Positions 1-10,438 of a stretch of DNA of 60,779 nt are shown piece by piece (the first letter of the stretch is position 1; each line of letters opens with the position of its first letter). The notes below the pieces were generated by a model, which was not told where the DNA came from, made no database searches, and was given only the letters and a program-made list of their open reading frames with translations. Source of the stretch: a virus (taxonomy: Duplodnaviria; Caudoviricetes); the IMG/VR virus record IMGVR_UViG_3300042982_000029, positions 1 to 60,779 of that record; one strand, written 5' to 3'. The position numbers and the translations under genes were made by a program.

Positions 1-9
1 CGGCGGGAC
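1..9. repeat. Terminal 9-bp direct repeat CGGCGGGAC (left copy); likely cohesive-end/cos sequence
   Basis: Bases 1-9 are identical to bases 60771-60779. Confidence 0.65.
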
Positions 10-100
10 CGGTCTGCATAGCAGCTCGCCGGCTGTACGGGTATCACATTCTGAGATTAGGTGGCTATACAGACGATCTTGGGGCCCACGCAGCGCCCGG

Positions 101-373
101 CGTAACGGATCGCCGGCCCGAACCGTTACGGGGCAAACGCCCAGGTCAGGGCTGGGTTAGCAGTGCTAGCGTAACGCGTAACGGATGGTCGCCACCTCGG
201 CTGAGATTTTGCCGTGCGCGTGATGCGCGTGCCCGCGTGCGTATGTATGGATGTCTTTTATCCGTTACAAGAGTTACAAGTGTTACAGAGCCGAATCATC
301 ATGCCTCTGACCTGGGACTTCTTACTCTCCGTGTTGTAACGGATCGACTTTCCGAAGCGTTACAAGCCGTTAC
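101..373. repeat. Iteron-like GTAAC/GTTAC repeat cluster; putative replication origin
   Basis: Ten GTAAC/GTTAC copies (102,125,171,178,264,273,282,336,359,369) in both orientations; GTAACGGAT occurs four times; non-coding and directly upstream of the primase-helicase. Confidence 0.6.
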
Positions 374-499
374 GCCCCTGAGGATGGGTGGCGGAGCCGG
401 AGGGCAGGGTGTAGAGTGGTGGAGCTGGCCCGGACTGGAACCTCCGGACGAACGTGGAGCCGTGGACTTAGGGCAGACGGGCCAGCAGTCCAGACATGA

Positions 500-2965
500 A
501 TGACCCCCGACTCGGCGGGAACCGATCGGGGGCCTGAGCAGAGGAGACCTGCCATCAGCGATTCTAGCATCCTCGACGCCGCGCTGCACTACATGCAGGC
601 CGGATGGCGCATCATCCCACTACATCGTGTGGGTCCGGACGGCAAGACGTGCTCCTGCAAGAAGGGCGCCGGCTGCCCGACGCCCGGCAAGCACCCGAAG
701 GCCTTCGACTGGCAGACCGCGCAGCCGATGAGCGCACCGGATGTGTACGCGACATGGGATGTGGCCCGTCCGCCGAACCTGGGCACCGTGACCGGCGAGC
801 CGAGCGGCTTCTGGGTCCTCGATATCGACCCGGGCGCCGGCGGGTTCGCCTCGTTCCGCACGCTGGTCGAGGAGAACGACCGCCTGCCCGCGACCAAGCG
901 GTTCAAGACCGGCTCGGGCGGCTACCACCTCCTGTTCACCCTGCCCGAGGGGTTCAAGCCGAAGACCAAGACCAACGCGTTCGGCCCGGCGTACCCCGGC
1001 CTCGACATCCGGGGCGTGGGCGGCCAGATCGTGCTGCCGCCGTCCCGCTCGAACAAGGGCGACTACACCGTCGCGACCGACGCCGACATCCTACCCGCCC
1101 CGGCCTGGCTGCTCGCCCTCGTGGACCAGGTCGACGACACCGTCGCGGTGGAGCTGGCCGACGACGACCTGCTCGAGCGCTCCGAGATGACCGAGGCCGA
1201 GCTCGCGACCGCCGACCGGTACATCGACCGGGCCATCGACGGCATCGTGAAGGACCTGGAGGCCCTGCCGCGCCCGTGGCGCGAGGGAGCCGGCTGGGAC
1301 CAGGGCGTCCACCGCGCCGCGTGCCGCCTGTTCGAGCTGGCCCAGCAGTCCTGGTCGAAGCTCACGTACCGCGACGCGTTCGCGCTCCTGGACGGCCACG
1401 CTCCGCGCGACGACGCGTGGGGATCGGCTGAGATCGCCGCCAAGTGGGACTCCGCCCAGAACACCGTCGGGAAGAAGGCGCTGCCCCGCCCAAAAGGCGA
1501 GGCGCAGGACGACCGGATGGACGTGTGGGGCTTCGACGAGCAGTCGACCGGGGTCACCACGGTGATCGAGGAGCGTCCGGCGCCCGCGAAGGGCGAGTCG
1601 GAGCCGGCCGGCCCGCGCCGCAAGGTCCGTCTGCGGGTCAAGTTCGACGCTGACCAGGCGTTCAGCGAGCCGGACGACAAGGGCAAGCAGCAGTTCCAGG
1701 CCTTCGACACCGCGATGGCCATCAAGGGCCAGGTCCACGTCGCCAACGGTGACGACGGGTCACTCTGGGCTCACTCGCGCGGCATCTGGACCCCGCAGCC
1801 CAAGCTGGTCCAGGACGCGCTGACCCTGACGCTCAAGAACGCCTACAAGACCACGATGGTCAACGAGGTCACGCACCACGTCGAGTCCCGGTCGCCGCAG
1901 ATGGTGGTCGGCCCGACTCCCGACGTCATCAACTTCACCAACGGCATGCTGCACTGGCAGACCGGCGAGCTCGGCGAGCACGACCCGAACCAGTTCTCGA
2001 CGATCCAGCTCCCCCATGACTGGAATCCGGACGCCGAATGCCCCATGTTCGACCAGTTTCTCGAGGAATCGCTCGAGCCGGAGACGGTTCGGCTCGCTTG
2101 GGAGGCTGTCGCGGTCGCGGTGTACTCCGGCAACCCGATTCAGCGCGCCATTCTGCTCCACGGACTGCCCGGATCCGGCAAGTCGGTGTTCCTGGACGTA
2201 ATTGCCGGCCTCCTGGGCCAGGAAAACGTCTCGCGCGTCACTCTGCAGGGCCTTTCCGGCCGATTCAACGCCGCAGAGCTGTACGGGCGGGCCGCGAACA
2301 TCTGCGCGGACATCGATGCGACCAAGATCAGCGAGACGGGCGCGTTCAAGATGATTGTCGCGGGCGACACGGTGCAGGGCGAGCGGAAGAACAAGGATCC
2401 GTTCACCTTCAAGCCTTTTGCCACGCAATTTTTTTCCGCGAACGAGATTCCGGGGTCCGAGGACCGCTCGGGCGCCTGGACTCGCCGATTCGCGATCATC
2501 CACTTCCCCCGGGCCCGCAAGGCTGACGAGAAGGTCCTCAGCTACCAGGATGTCCTGCTGTCCGAGGCTGAGGGGATCATCGCAAAGGCCGTCCGGATCC
2601 TGCCCGAGGTGCTGCTGCAGGGCGACTACTCGCTGATCCAGAAGGACCAGGAAGACTTCGAGCGCAAGACGAACTACCTCCTGCAGTTCGTCGAGGACGA
2701 GCTCGAGCCGGGCGACCTGACTGACGAGACGTGCTTCGTCCCGACGGGCGAGGTGCGGAACCGGTACAACCTCTGGACGGCCGAGGAGGGCTACGACCAC
2801 CCGGCGACCTGGAAGAAGGTCACCGAGACGCTGACCGCGAAAGGCTTCAAGGCGACCCTGAAGCGGTTCGGCGGCGGCGGCCCGGTCCGGGGGTGGGCCG
2901 GCTTCCGGCTCCGCCCGCGCGCCTCGGTGTCCAACGCCTACGAGCCGTACGATGACGGACACTGA
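500..2965 (+). CDS. Bifunctional DNA primase/polymerase fused to D5/P4-type SF3 helicase
   Basis: N-terminal CSC..C..PGKHP, VLDID and TGSGGYH prim-pol motifs; INFTNGML D5_N region; Walker A GLPGSGKS; FSANEIP motif C. Confidence 0.9.
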   Translation: MTPDSAGTDRGPEQRRPAISDSSILDAALHYMQAGWRIIPLHRVGPDGKTCSCKKGAGCPTPGKHPKAFDWQTAQPMSAPDVYATWDVARPPNLGTVTGEPSGFWVLDIDPGAGGFASFRTLVEENDRLPATKRFKTGSGGYHLLFTLPEGFKPKTKTNAFGPAYPGLDIRGVGGQIVLPPSRSNKGDYTVATDADILPAPAWLLALVDQVDDTVAVELADDDLLERSEMTEAELATADRYIDRAIDGIVKDLEALPRPWREGAGWDQGVHRAACRLFELAQQSWSKLTYRDAFALLDGHAPRDDAWGSAEIAAKWDSAQNTVGKKALPRPKGEAQDDRMDVWGFDEQSTGVTTVIEERPAPAKGESEPAGPRRKVRLRVKFDADQAFSEPDDKGKQQFQAFDTAMAIKGQVHVANGDDGSLWAHSRGIWTPQPKLVQDALTLTLKNAYKTTMVNEVTHHVESRSPQMVVGPTPDVINFTNGMLHWQTGELGEHDPNQFSTIQLPHDWNPDAECPMFDQFLEESLEPETVRLAWEAVAVAVYSGNPIQRAILLHGLPGSGKSVFLDVIAGLLGQENVSRVTLQGLSGRFNAAELYGRAANICADIDATKISETGAFKMIVAGDTVQGERKNKDPFTFKPFATQFFSANEIPGSEDRSGAWTRRFAIIHFPRARKADEKVLSYQDVLLSEAEGIIAKAVRILPEVLLQGDYSLIQKDQEDFERKTNYLLQFVEDELEPGDLTDETCFVPTGEVRNRYNLWTAEEGYDHPATWKKVTETLTAKGFKATLKRFGGGGPVRGWAGFRLRPRASVSNAYEPYDDGH

Positions 2966-3105
2966 TCGCTGGGCCGACCGGCCCATGTTCGCCCTGGATG
3001 CGGACGTCACGGTCTACTGGCCGGACGTCCGCCCTTGCTGGGAGGAGCGACCTGATACCATAGGTCCGACGGGAGATCCGTCGACCTGATGCCTAGGAGG
3101 CTGAC

Positions 3106-3639
3106 ATGCGAACCCTGATCCTTGCTGGATCCTTCCGGGAGGCGAGCACGTACGCTCGCGCTCGCGATCTTCGGTTCTATCGCTTCGCATCGTCGGCCGC
3201 CGCAGTCGAGACCTTCTCCGCCCAGCGGGTTGTCGAGCTGCCCGGGTTCGCCCGGCGTGCAGACCGGCATGCGCTGATCGCCGTTGCCAACCGCGTCACG
3301 CGGCGCGGCGGCGAGTGGGTGAAGGACGAGTACGTTCCGGAGCCCGAGCCCGTCGACGACTCCCCGTTGGGGATCCTGGGTCGGATGACCCGTGAGGATT
3401 GGCTGCTGGCCGGCGCCACGCCGGCCCAGGCCGCTCAGCTCACCCCGCAACTCACTGTTGAGCAGCGGGAAGCCGTCGACCGTGTAAACGCCGAGAAGGC
3501 GGAGCCCAAGCCGGCGGCCAAGCCGAAGCGCACCCGCAAGACCCCGCCCCCGCCCCGCCGGACCAGTTCGGGTAATGCCCGAGTTCCGGTGGCAGCGGAG
3601 AAGACCAGTATCCCGAACACCGACCCCTTCCAGGACTGA
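3106..3639 (+). CDS. Hypothetical protein
   Basis: AGGAGG RBS upstream of ATG; tightly coupled to the terminase small subunit gene. Confidence 0.7.
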   Translation: MRTLILAGSFREASTYARARDLRFYRFASSAAAVETFSAQRVVELPGFARRADRHALIAVANRVTRRGGEWVKDEYVPEPEPVDDSPLGILGRMTREDWLLAGATPAQAAQLTPQLTVEQREAVDRVNAEKAEPKPAAKPKRTRKTPPPPRRTSSGNARVPVAAEKTSIPNTDPFQD

Positions 3640-3642
3640 CCG

Positions 3643-4191
3643 ATGGCAGGAGAGCGCGGTCCGCTGCCGAAGCGGACAGAAGAGCGTCGCCGGCGCAACG
3701 TGCCGGACAAGCCGGTCGACCGCGTCGCGATCGGCGGGGACATCGACGACCTGTTCGGCGACGACATGCCGGACGAGCGCGTCGAGAACCGGATCCAGGC
3801 CGATGGCTTCGCCAAGGTCGTGGCCCCGCCGGTCAACGAGAGCTGGAACCCAATCGCGAAGATGATCTACGAGAGCCTACCCGAGTCCGGCCAGAGCATC
3901 TTCTTCGAGCCGTCCGACTGGGCTGCCGCCTACCTGCTGTGCGAGTCGATCAGCCGCGACCTGGAAGAGCAGGTCGTCGGCACGACGGAGTCCGGCCAGG
4001 TCATCAAGGACTACATCCCGATGAAGGGCGCCAGCCTCGCGGCCTACCTGAAGGGCCTCGGCGAGCTCGGCATGACCGAGGGCGCCCGCCGGCGCCTGTC
4101 CATCGAGCTGACCCGGGCCGACAACCGGCCGGCGGCCGAGCTCCCGGACGGCGTCGTCGACATCAACTCCGCGCGGGAGGGCCTGCTGTGA
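3643..4191 (+). CDS. terS: Terminase small subunit
   Basis: GPLPKR N-terminus, SGQSIFFEPSDW and LGMTEGARRRLSIE motifs typical of actinophage TerS; upstream of TerL. Confidence 0.8.
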   Translation: MAGERGPLPKRTEERRRRNVPDKPVDRVAIGGDIDDLFGDDMPDERVENRIQADGFAKVVAPPVNESWNPIAKMIYESLPESGQSIFFEPSDWAAAYLLCESISRDLEEQVVGTTESGQVIKDYIPMKGASLAAYLKGLGELGMTEGARRRLSIELTRADNRPAAELPDGVVDINSAREGLL

Positions 4192-4340
4192 GCGACGAGC
4201 CGAAGCACTTGACCGTCGAGGAGCTGGCCGAGGCCCTCGGTCACGAACTGCACTCCTGCGGTTACCCCGAGGGTACGTTTGCGTGCAAGATCCGGCACCT
4301 CCAGCTCAACACGGGGGCGGCCAAGGCCGCAAACGACTGA
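4188..4340 (+). CDS. Small hypothetical protein (50 aa)
   Basis: GTGA overlap with the terS stop and TGATG overlap with the terL start. Confidence 0.55.
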   Translation: MSDEPKHLTVEELAEALGHELHSCGYPEGTFACKIRHLQLNTGAAKAAND

Positions 4341-6274
4341 TGCTGTACGATCCGCGCTGGGACCGCGCTCCCGGCATGTACCACGACCCCGAGGGGCTCG
4401 TCTGCGTACCCCAGACCTACGGGCCGACCTGGCGCCGGAACCCCGACTGGGACGGGCAGAACAAGCTGGACCAGTTCGTCCTGCCCACCCGCACCCTTGG
4501 GTGGCAGGCGCTGAAGTGGATCCGCGACAACCTGCTGTCCGACGATCTCGATGAGAACGACCAGCCGCTCCCGTTCAAGCCGACGTTCGAGCAGGCCCGG
4601 TTCATCCTGTGGTTCTACGCCATCGACGAGAATGGCGAGTTCATCTACCGCGAGTACGTCCTCCAGCGGCTCAAGGGCTGGGGTAAGGACCCGCTGGCGG
4701 CGGTCATCTCGGCCGTCGAGTTCGTCGGGCCGTGCCGGTTTGCGGGCTGGGCGCGGCGAGACATGCCGGAGAAGGGCCTGAAGGCCGGCGACCCGGTCGC
4801 GAAGGGCCACCCTCGCGCGTGGATCCAGGTCGCCGCCGTCTCGCTCGAGCAGACCGGCAACACGATGAAGCTCTTCCAGGGCCTCTTCACCAAGAAGTGC
4901 ATGCAGGAGCACTCGATCGACCCGGGCAAGGAGCGCGTCTACGCGTACCACGGCCAGCGGGTCATCAACGCGGTCACCAGCTCCCCGAAGAGCCTCGAGG
5001 GTAACCGCGCCACGCTCGTCGTCATGAACGAGACGCACCACTGGCAGGCCAACAACTCCGGCCACGACATGGCCGACGTCATCGAGCGAAACGTCACCAA
5101 GTCGAAGGACGGCGCGGCCCGCACGCTCGCGATCACCAACGCGTACGAGCCCTCCGAGGACTCCGTAGCGCAGCGGATGCGCGAGGCCTGGGAAGAGGAG
5201 CAGGGTGACGATCTGATCGACTCCGGCATGTGCTACGACTCGCTCGAGGCACCGCCGGACGCCAAGCTGCGCCCGCCCACGAAGGAGCTCCCGGACGGCA
5301 CGAAGATCGAGCCGACCCGCGAGGAGATCATGGACAACTTCCGGGCCATCCTGGAGGCGGTCCGGGGTGACTCGGTGTGGCTGAACGTCAAGAACATGAC
5401 AAAGTCGATCCTGAACCGACGGAACAAGCCCTCTCGCAGCCGGCGGTTCTGGTTCAACCAGGTCGTCGCGGCCGAGGATGCCTGGATCGACCCGGGCGCA
5501 CTGTTGAAGGCGGTCGACCCGGACGTCGCCGAGATGCGCCAGAACCCGGGGCACGACGTGCTGAAGGTCGGCTGGGACGCGATCCTGCCCGGCGAGGAGG
5601 TCGTGCTGTTCGGTGACGGCTCGAAGTCGCACGACGCGACCGCGATCATGGGCTGCCGGCTGTCCGACGGCTACGTGTTCACGGTCGGCATCTGGGAGAA
5701 GCCGAAGGGTAAGCGCGGCGAGAAGTGGCTCGCGCCCCGTGGCTCCGTCACCAGCCGTGTAAACGAGGTGTTCAAGCGGATGAAGGTCGTCGCGTTCTGG
5801 TTCGACCCGTCGCACACCCAGGACGACGAGGATGGCGGCCGGTACTGGGACGGCACGATCGACCAGTGGTTCCGCGAGCACCGTGACGCGCTCGACAGCC
5901 AGTACTGGCCCCTGAAGAGCGGCAACAACACCCACGGCATCCTGTTCGACATGGCGACGCCGGCCAACCGCAAGCTGTTCGTCGGCGCTGCCGAGCAGTT
6001 CGTCGACGAGCTCGAGACCCTGGACGACATCGAGGAGTTCGCCCCCCAGTTCGCCCACGACGGGCACCCGCTGTTCATGTCTCACGCACGCAACGCGAAG
6101 CGCTTCCCGACCGACGACGGCACCTCGCTGATGAAGGAGGGCCGGGAGTCGCTGAAGAAGATCGACGCGGCCGTCTGCGCGGTCGGTGCCCGGATGCTGC
6201 GTCGCGTCGTGCTGAACCGGCCGCTCGAGGAAGAGGAGCCGCCGGGCGACGTGTGGGGCTTCCGTCGGCGTTGA
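4340..6274 (+). CDS. terL: Terminase large subunit
   Basis: Walker A RLKGWGKD, Walker B VVMNETHHW, coupling motif ITNA, nuclease FGDGSKSHDATA and KIDAAV. Confidence 0.93.
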   Translation: MLYDPRWDRAPGMYHDPEGLVCVPQTYGPTWRRNPDWDGQNKLDQFVLPTRTLGWQALKWIRDNLLSDDLDENDQPLPFKPTFEQARFILWFYAIDENGEFIYREYVLQRLKGWGKDPLAAVISAVEFVGPCRFAGWARRDMPEKGLKAGDPVAKGHPRAWIQVAAVSLEQTGNTMKLFQGLFTKKCMQEHSIDPGKERVYAYHGQRVINAVTSSPKSLEGNRATLVVMNETHHWQANNSGHDMADVIERNVTKSKDGAARTLAITNAYEPSEDSVAQRMREAWEEEQGDDLIDSGMCYDSLEAPPDAKLRPPTKELPDGTKIEPTREEIMDNFRAILEAVRGDSVWLNVKNMTKSILNRRNKPSRSRRFWFNQVVAAEDAWIDPGALLKAVDPDVAEMRQNPGHDVLKVGWDAILPGEEVVLFGDGSKSHDATAIMGCRLSDGYVFTVGIWEKPKGKRGEKWLAPRGSVTSRVNEVFKRMKVVAFWFDPSHTQDDEDGGRYWDGTIDQWFREHRDALDSQYWPLKSGNNTHGILFDMATPANRKLFVGAAEQFVDELETLDDIEEFAPQFAHDGHPLFMSHARNAKRFPTDDGTSLMKEGRESLKKIDAAVCAVGARMLRRVVLNRPLEEEEPPGDVWGFRRR

Positions 6275-6335
6275 CAGGCCCCGGTCCGGTACCATGGGCC
6301 TGTACAGACCGCTACCAGGAGGAGAGCCGCCAGCC

Positions 6336-7835
6336 ATGATGAGCGTCGGCGCAGTAAAGGGGCTGGCCACGGAATTCTTCCCGGATTTCCTGGAGCAGCG
6401 CAAGAAGGTCATCATCCTCGACAAGTGGATGGCCGGCAAGCAGTACGACCTCACCAACGAGGACGACCTCACCGGCCGCGTCTACGTGCCCGAGGGCGCC
6501 ACGAACGAGCTCGCCAATCTGGCCAAGCTCGCCCCGAACAACTTCGCCTCCCTGCTCGTCACCGAGCTGGTCCAGACGGCGTACGTCGAGGGCGTCCGGC
6601 TCCCCGGCTCCGAGGACAACATGGAGTCCTGGGACGTCTGGCAGGAGAACCGCTGGGACGCCAAGCAGATCGCTCTGCACCGCGCCGCGATTGGCCACGG
6701 CCTGTCGTTCGGCGTTGCCATGCCGGCCGTGAACCGGCTCACCGGCAAGAAGACCGTGCTGATGCGCGGCGTCTCCGCGAAGCGCATGGCCGCCTGGTAC
6801 GACGACGACGACGACGAGTGGCCGCTGCACGCCATTGAGGCCCAGCCGGTCGTCGACACCCGCCTCGGCTCGGCGCATGCCGGCAAGTGGACCGTCCGCG
6901 TGTACGACGAGGAGGCCGTCTACTACCTGTCGTGCGAGAACAACGGTCGCGAGGAGGCGGACTGGACCTTCGAGTCGGCCGAGTTCCACGGCGCCCCGGT
7001 CCCCCCGATCGTCCGCTACCCCAACACCCTCGACCTTGACGGCGTCGCGACCGGCGTCATCGAGCCCGTCCTGCCGATGCTGCGGCGTGTCGACCAGACC
7101 ACCTACGACCGCACGATCGTCCAGCGCTTCGGCGCCTGGAAGGTCCGCTGGATCGCCGGCCTGGCTAAGCCCAGCGACGAGATGCAGGCGAACATGCAGG
7201 CTCTCGAGCTGTCGATGATGGACATCCTGGTCTCCTCGAACAAGGACACCAAGTTCGGCACCCTGGACTCCAGCTCGACGGCTGACTACATCCAGGGCGG
7301 CGACACCGACCTGCGCTACCTGGCCGCGATCACCCAGACCCCGCCGCACCACCTCCTGGGCCTGTCCGACAACCTCCAGGCGGAGGCGCTCGAGACGGCC
7401 GAGAAGGGCCTGCAGCGGAAGTCCCAGGACTTCAAGACCCTGGCCGGCGAGAACCACGAGCAGATGTTCCGGCTCGTCGCGATGATCATGGGCAACACCA
7501 AGGAGGCCAACGCCACCGGCATGAAGGTCCGCTGGCGCGACACGGAGTCGCGCTCGCTGGTCCAGACCGCCAATGCGCTGACCCTCCTGGCCACCGGCCT
7601 CGGGATCCCGTCGCAGATGCTGTGGGAGAAGCTGCCCGGCTGGGACGACGCCGACAGCGAGCGGGCCAAGCGCCTGATCGAGTCCGGCGACTCCATCGAC
7701 CAGCTTCTGCAGGAGATCGCGACCGCCCAGGCCATCGAGGTGGCGCAGAAGACGGCGCCGGCGACCTCGGACAACGGCGGCAAGGGCGGATCGGACAACA
7801 ACCCGAACGATCAGCCGGCGAAGAAGAAGAGCTGA
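6336..7835 (+). CDS. Portal protein (SPP1 gp6-like)
   Basis: Follows terL; GGAGGAG RBS; WQENRWDAKQ, TPPHHLLG and VRWRDTESRS motifs of actinophage portals. Confidence 0.88.
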   Translation: MMSVGAVKGLATEFFPDFLEQRKKVIILDKWMAGKQYDLTNEDDLTGRVYVPEGATNELANLAKLAPNNFASLLVTELVQTAYVEGVRLPGSEDNMESWDVWQENRWDAKQIALHRAAIGHGLSFGVAMPAVNRLTGKKTVLMRGVSAKRMAAWYDDDDDEWPLHAIEAQPVVDTRLGSAHAGKWTVRVYDEEAVYYLSCENNGREEADWTFESAEFHGAPVPPIVRYPNTLDLDGVATGVIEPVLPMLRRVDQTTYDRTIVQRFGAWKVRWIAGLAKPSDEMQANMQALELSMMDILVSSNKDTKFGTLDSSSTADYIQGGDTDLRYLAAITQTPPHHLLGLSDNLQAEALETAEKGLQRKSQDFKTLAGENHEQMFRLVAMIMGNTKEANATGMKVRWRDTESRSLVQTANALTLLATGLGIPSQMLWEKLPGWDDADSERAKRLIESGDSIDQLLQEIATAQAIEVAQKTAPATSDNGGKGGSDNNPNDQPAKKKS

Positions 7836-8644
7836 TGGCGTCCAGCCCGGCGGCGGCGACCCTGACGCGCGCTGAGCAGCAGGCCGAGACCAAGCTTGGC
7901 CTGCTGTACGCCGCGCTCGCCGTGAAGCTCTGGCAGAGCTACGTCAAGCCCGACGACATCGATGGCGCCGGCTACGAGCGGTTCCTCGAGCTGCTCATCC
8001 CGAACATCCTGAAGGCCCGTACCCAGGCCGCCAGTAATGGCCGGACGTACTACCAGGCCTTCCGGGTCCTGGAGACCGGCGACCGCAACGTTTACACGCC
8101 GAAGACCGAGCTGATCACGCTCGACCGGTCCGTCGTCGAGACCAGTGCCCGCGTGACGGGCCCGGTCGCGTTCAAGGCGCGCGTCGCCGCGATCAAGCAG
8201 GTCGATCTGAAGCCCGAGGTCGAGAAGGCGCTCCTGGACAAGTTCTACAAGCAGTCCGCCGAGGGAGTCGCCGGCGCCATGATGCGCCACGTCATCGACG
8301 GCGCCCGCCAGCAGGTCCAGGAGGACGTCAAGACCGACGAGGTCGCCCTGGGGTACATGCGGGTCCTGAAGAGCATCGACCCCTGCTACTACTGCGCGAT
8401 GCTCGCCAGCCGGGGCCCGGTCTACAAGCAGGACAGCTTCGCAGCCTCCGACGCGCGGTTCACCGGTGGCGGCACGGAGAAGGTCCATGACCACTGCGCC
8501 TGCGGCATGGAGCCCGTCTTCCGCCGCGATTCCGACTGGACTCCGGGCGCGCGCGACGCCGCGAAGGTCTGGGGCGCGACGACCGCCGGCAAGTCCGGCC
8601 GGGGTGCGATCGCCGCCTTCCGGGCGGCCTGGGAAAGTCGCTGA
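7835..8644 (+). CDS. Head morphogenesis (MuF-like / capsid maturation) protein
   Basis: TGATG overlap with portal; PCYYCAMLASRG and HDHCAC motifs; lies between portal and scaffold. Confidence 0.75.
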   Translation: MASSPAAATLTRAEQQAETKLGLLYAALAVKLWQSYVKPDDIDGAGYERFLELLIPNILKARTQAASNGRTYYQAFRVLETGDRNVYTPKTELITLDRSVVETSARVTGPVAFKARVAAIKQVDLKPEVEKALLDKFYKQSAEGVAGAMMRHVIDGARQQVQEDVKTDEVALGYMRVLKSIDPCYYCAMLASRGPVYKQDSFAASDARFTGGGTEKVHDHCACGMEPVFRRDSDWTPGARDAAKVWGATTAGKSGRGAIAAFRAAWESR

Positions 8645-8748
8645 CCACTTTCTGTTCGTGAGACGCCCCTTGACGGACGGGGCTGATGTATGCTAGGTGC
8701 TGTAGGGCAGCCGAGACGGCCGCCCCCGACGCCCTAGGAGGGCAAGCA

Positions 8749-9294
8749 ATGCCGAAGCTGCCGGAGTTCAAGGACTGGAAGGCACCTTGGGAGAAGAGTG
8801 GGACGGAGTTCTCCGCCGACGTGGCGAAGAAGTTCATCTACGACCTTCACAAGGACGTCGAGACCCGGGACGAGACGATCACGGGACTCAAGACCAGCAA
8901 CAGTGAACTGCAGACCAAGGTCGACGAGGCCGAGAAGGCCAACATGACCGACGCAGAGAAGGCCGCCGCCGAGCGCGCGGATCTCGAGAAGAAGCTTGCC
9001 GAAGCCGGCGAGACCTCCCTCGAAGTCGCTCGACTGGAACTGGCTCTCGAGCATGGTCTGACGAAGTCGCAGGCGAAGCGTCTTGTGGGCAAGACCCCCG
9101 AGGAGCTCAAGGCTGATGCCGAAGAGCTGATCTCGGATCTGGGCCTCAAGAAGGACGAGACCAACGAGAACAACGACGACCAGAGCAACAGCGGTCGCCA
9201 GCGTCCCCGTCAGGTACGCAACCCGCTTCAGACCGGCGACGCGGACACCGGAGTTTCCACCGAAGAGCTCCTGAAGGTTGTACCCCGACTGTAA
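8749..9294 (+). CDS. Capsid scaffolding protein
   Basis: AGGAGG RBS; charged coiled coil with RLVGKTPEELKADAEEL motif; immediately upstream of the capsid gene. Confidence 0.8.
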   Translation: MPKLPEFKDWKAPWEKSGTEFSADVAKKFIYDLHKDVETRDETITGLKTSNSELQTKVDEAEKANMTDAEKAAAERADLEKKLAEAGETSLEVARLELALEHGLTKSQAKRLVGKTPEELKADAEELISDLGLKKDETNENNDDQSNSGRQRPRQVRNPLQTGDADTGVSTEELLKVVPRL

Positions 9295-9352
9295 ACCACA
9301 AGCTCCCTGAGGCATAAGGCCGAGGGGTTGAGAAGCCCCGGAGGCTACGACA

Positions 9353-10357
9353 ATGGCTGTTATCAAGCCGAAGCCGGAGAAGGTCGTCGACTTCTTCCTG
9401 GCGATGCTCCAGCGAGAGCTGGTGATCCCGAACCTCGTGACCCGCGTGGGCGACGAGTTCTTCACCGGCGCCAAGGACGACACCGTAACCCTGCGCATCC
9501 CGGGGCTGTACGCCACGGCGCATGACTACGAGTGGCGTACGCGGACCGCCGACATCGAGTTCGACGACATCTACGGCGGCGACGGCGTCACCGTGCGTCT
9601 CGACACCCACTCGTACTCGGCGACCGAGCTGACCGACGAGCACATGACCCTGGACGAGGTCGACTTCGCGTCCGAGGTGCTGGCTCCGCAGGTCGCGGCC
9701 GTCACGAACCGCTTCGAGGCCAAGACCCTCGCCGGCTTCCGTGGCGCCAACGTCAAGCACAGCCTCACCTTCGGCGCCGGGGACGACCCGCACCTGGTGG
9801 CGCTCGAGGCCAAGCGCCTCATGGACTCGGACAAGGTCGCCCCGACCTCCGGCCGCAGCTTCCTGGTCGGCTCCGACATCGCGGCGCAGTTCCTGGCGTC
9901 CGACCGTCTGTCCCGGGCCGACTCGATCGGTGAGTCCGGCGCGAACAGCGCGGTCCGCGAGGCCGTCATCGGCCGGCTCGCCGGCGCGAACGTCGTGGAG
10001 TCCAGCTCGCTGGCCCCCGACGAGGGCTACTACTTCCACAAGACGGGCATCGTGCTCGGCTCGGTGGCCCCGAAGGTCCCGCGCGGCGCGGTGCAGGGTG
10101 CTCGGCTCTCGCGGAACGGCTTCGCCGTCCGCTGGATCCAGGACTACTGGGCCAACCAGCTCGTCGACCGCTCCATCGTCTCGGCCTTCCTGGGTGTCAA
10201 CGACGTGCGCGACGAGCGCAACGCCGACGGCACCATCCTGGAAGAGGGCCCCGGCCCGGACACCATCGAGGGCAACGCGGACGACGTGGTTCGCCACAAC
10301 GTCCGGATCGTGAAGCTGACCGGCGAGGCCGGCCCGGTCTTCACCCCGGGCGTCTGA
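9353..10357 (+). CDS. Major capsid protein
   Basis: GGAGG RBS; 334 aa; GAKDDTVTLRIP and IGRLAGANVVES motifs; followed by a strong hairpin. Confidence 0.88.
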   Translation: MAVIKPKPEKVVDFFLAMLQRELVIPNLVTRVGDEFFTGAKDDTVTLRIPGLYATAHDYEWRTRTADIEFDDIYGGDGVTVRLDTHSYSATELTDEHMTLDEVDFASEVLAPQVAAVTNRFEAKTLAGFRGANVKHSLTFGAGDDPHLVALEAKRLMDSDKVAPTSGRSFLVGSDIAAQFLASDRLSRADSIGESGANSAVREAVIGRLAGANVVESSSLAPDEGYYFHKTGIVLGSVAPKVPRGAVQGARLSRNGFAVRWIQDYWANQLVDRSIVSAFLGVNDVRDERNADGTILEEGPGPDTIEGNADDVVRHNVRIVKLTGEAGPVFTPGV

Positions 10358-10375
10358 TCCACCCAGCTCCACAAC

Positions 10376-10410
10376 GAGAGGCCCTGACCCGGTGAGGGTC
10401 GGGGCCTCTC
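10376..10410 (+). terminator. Intrinsic terminator-like hairpin after the capsid gene
   Basis: GAGAGGCCCTGACCC-GGTGA-GGGTCGGGGCCTCTC. Confidence 0.7.
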
Positions 10411-10438
10411 CCCGTTTACACCGAGTAGGATGGGACCC

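Noticed and set aside
6271-8694. TTGACA..TACCAT (6271) and TTGACG..TATGCT (8670) as SigA promoters
   Set aside because: Both have only 13-nt spacers. The shared spacing is curious, but two cases cannot support a call.
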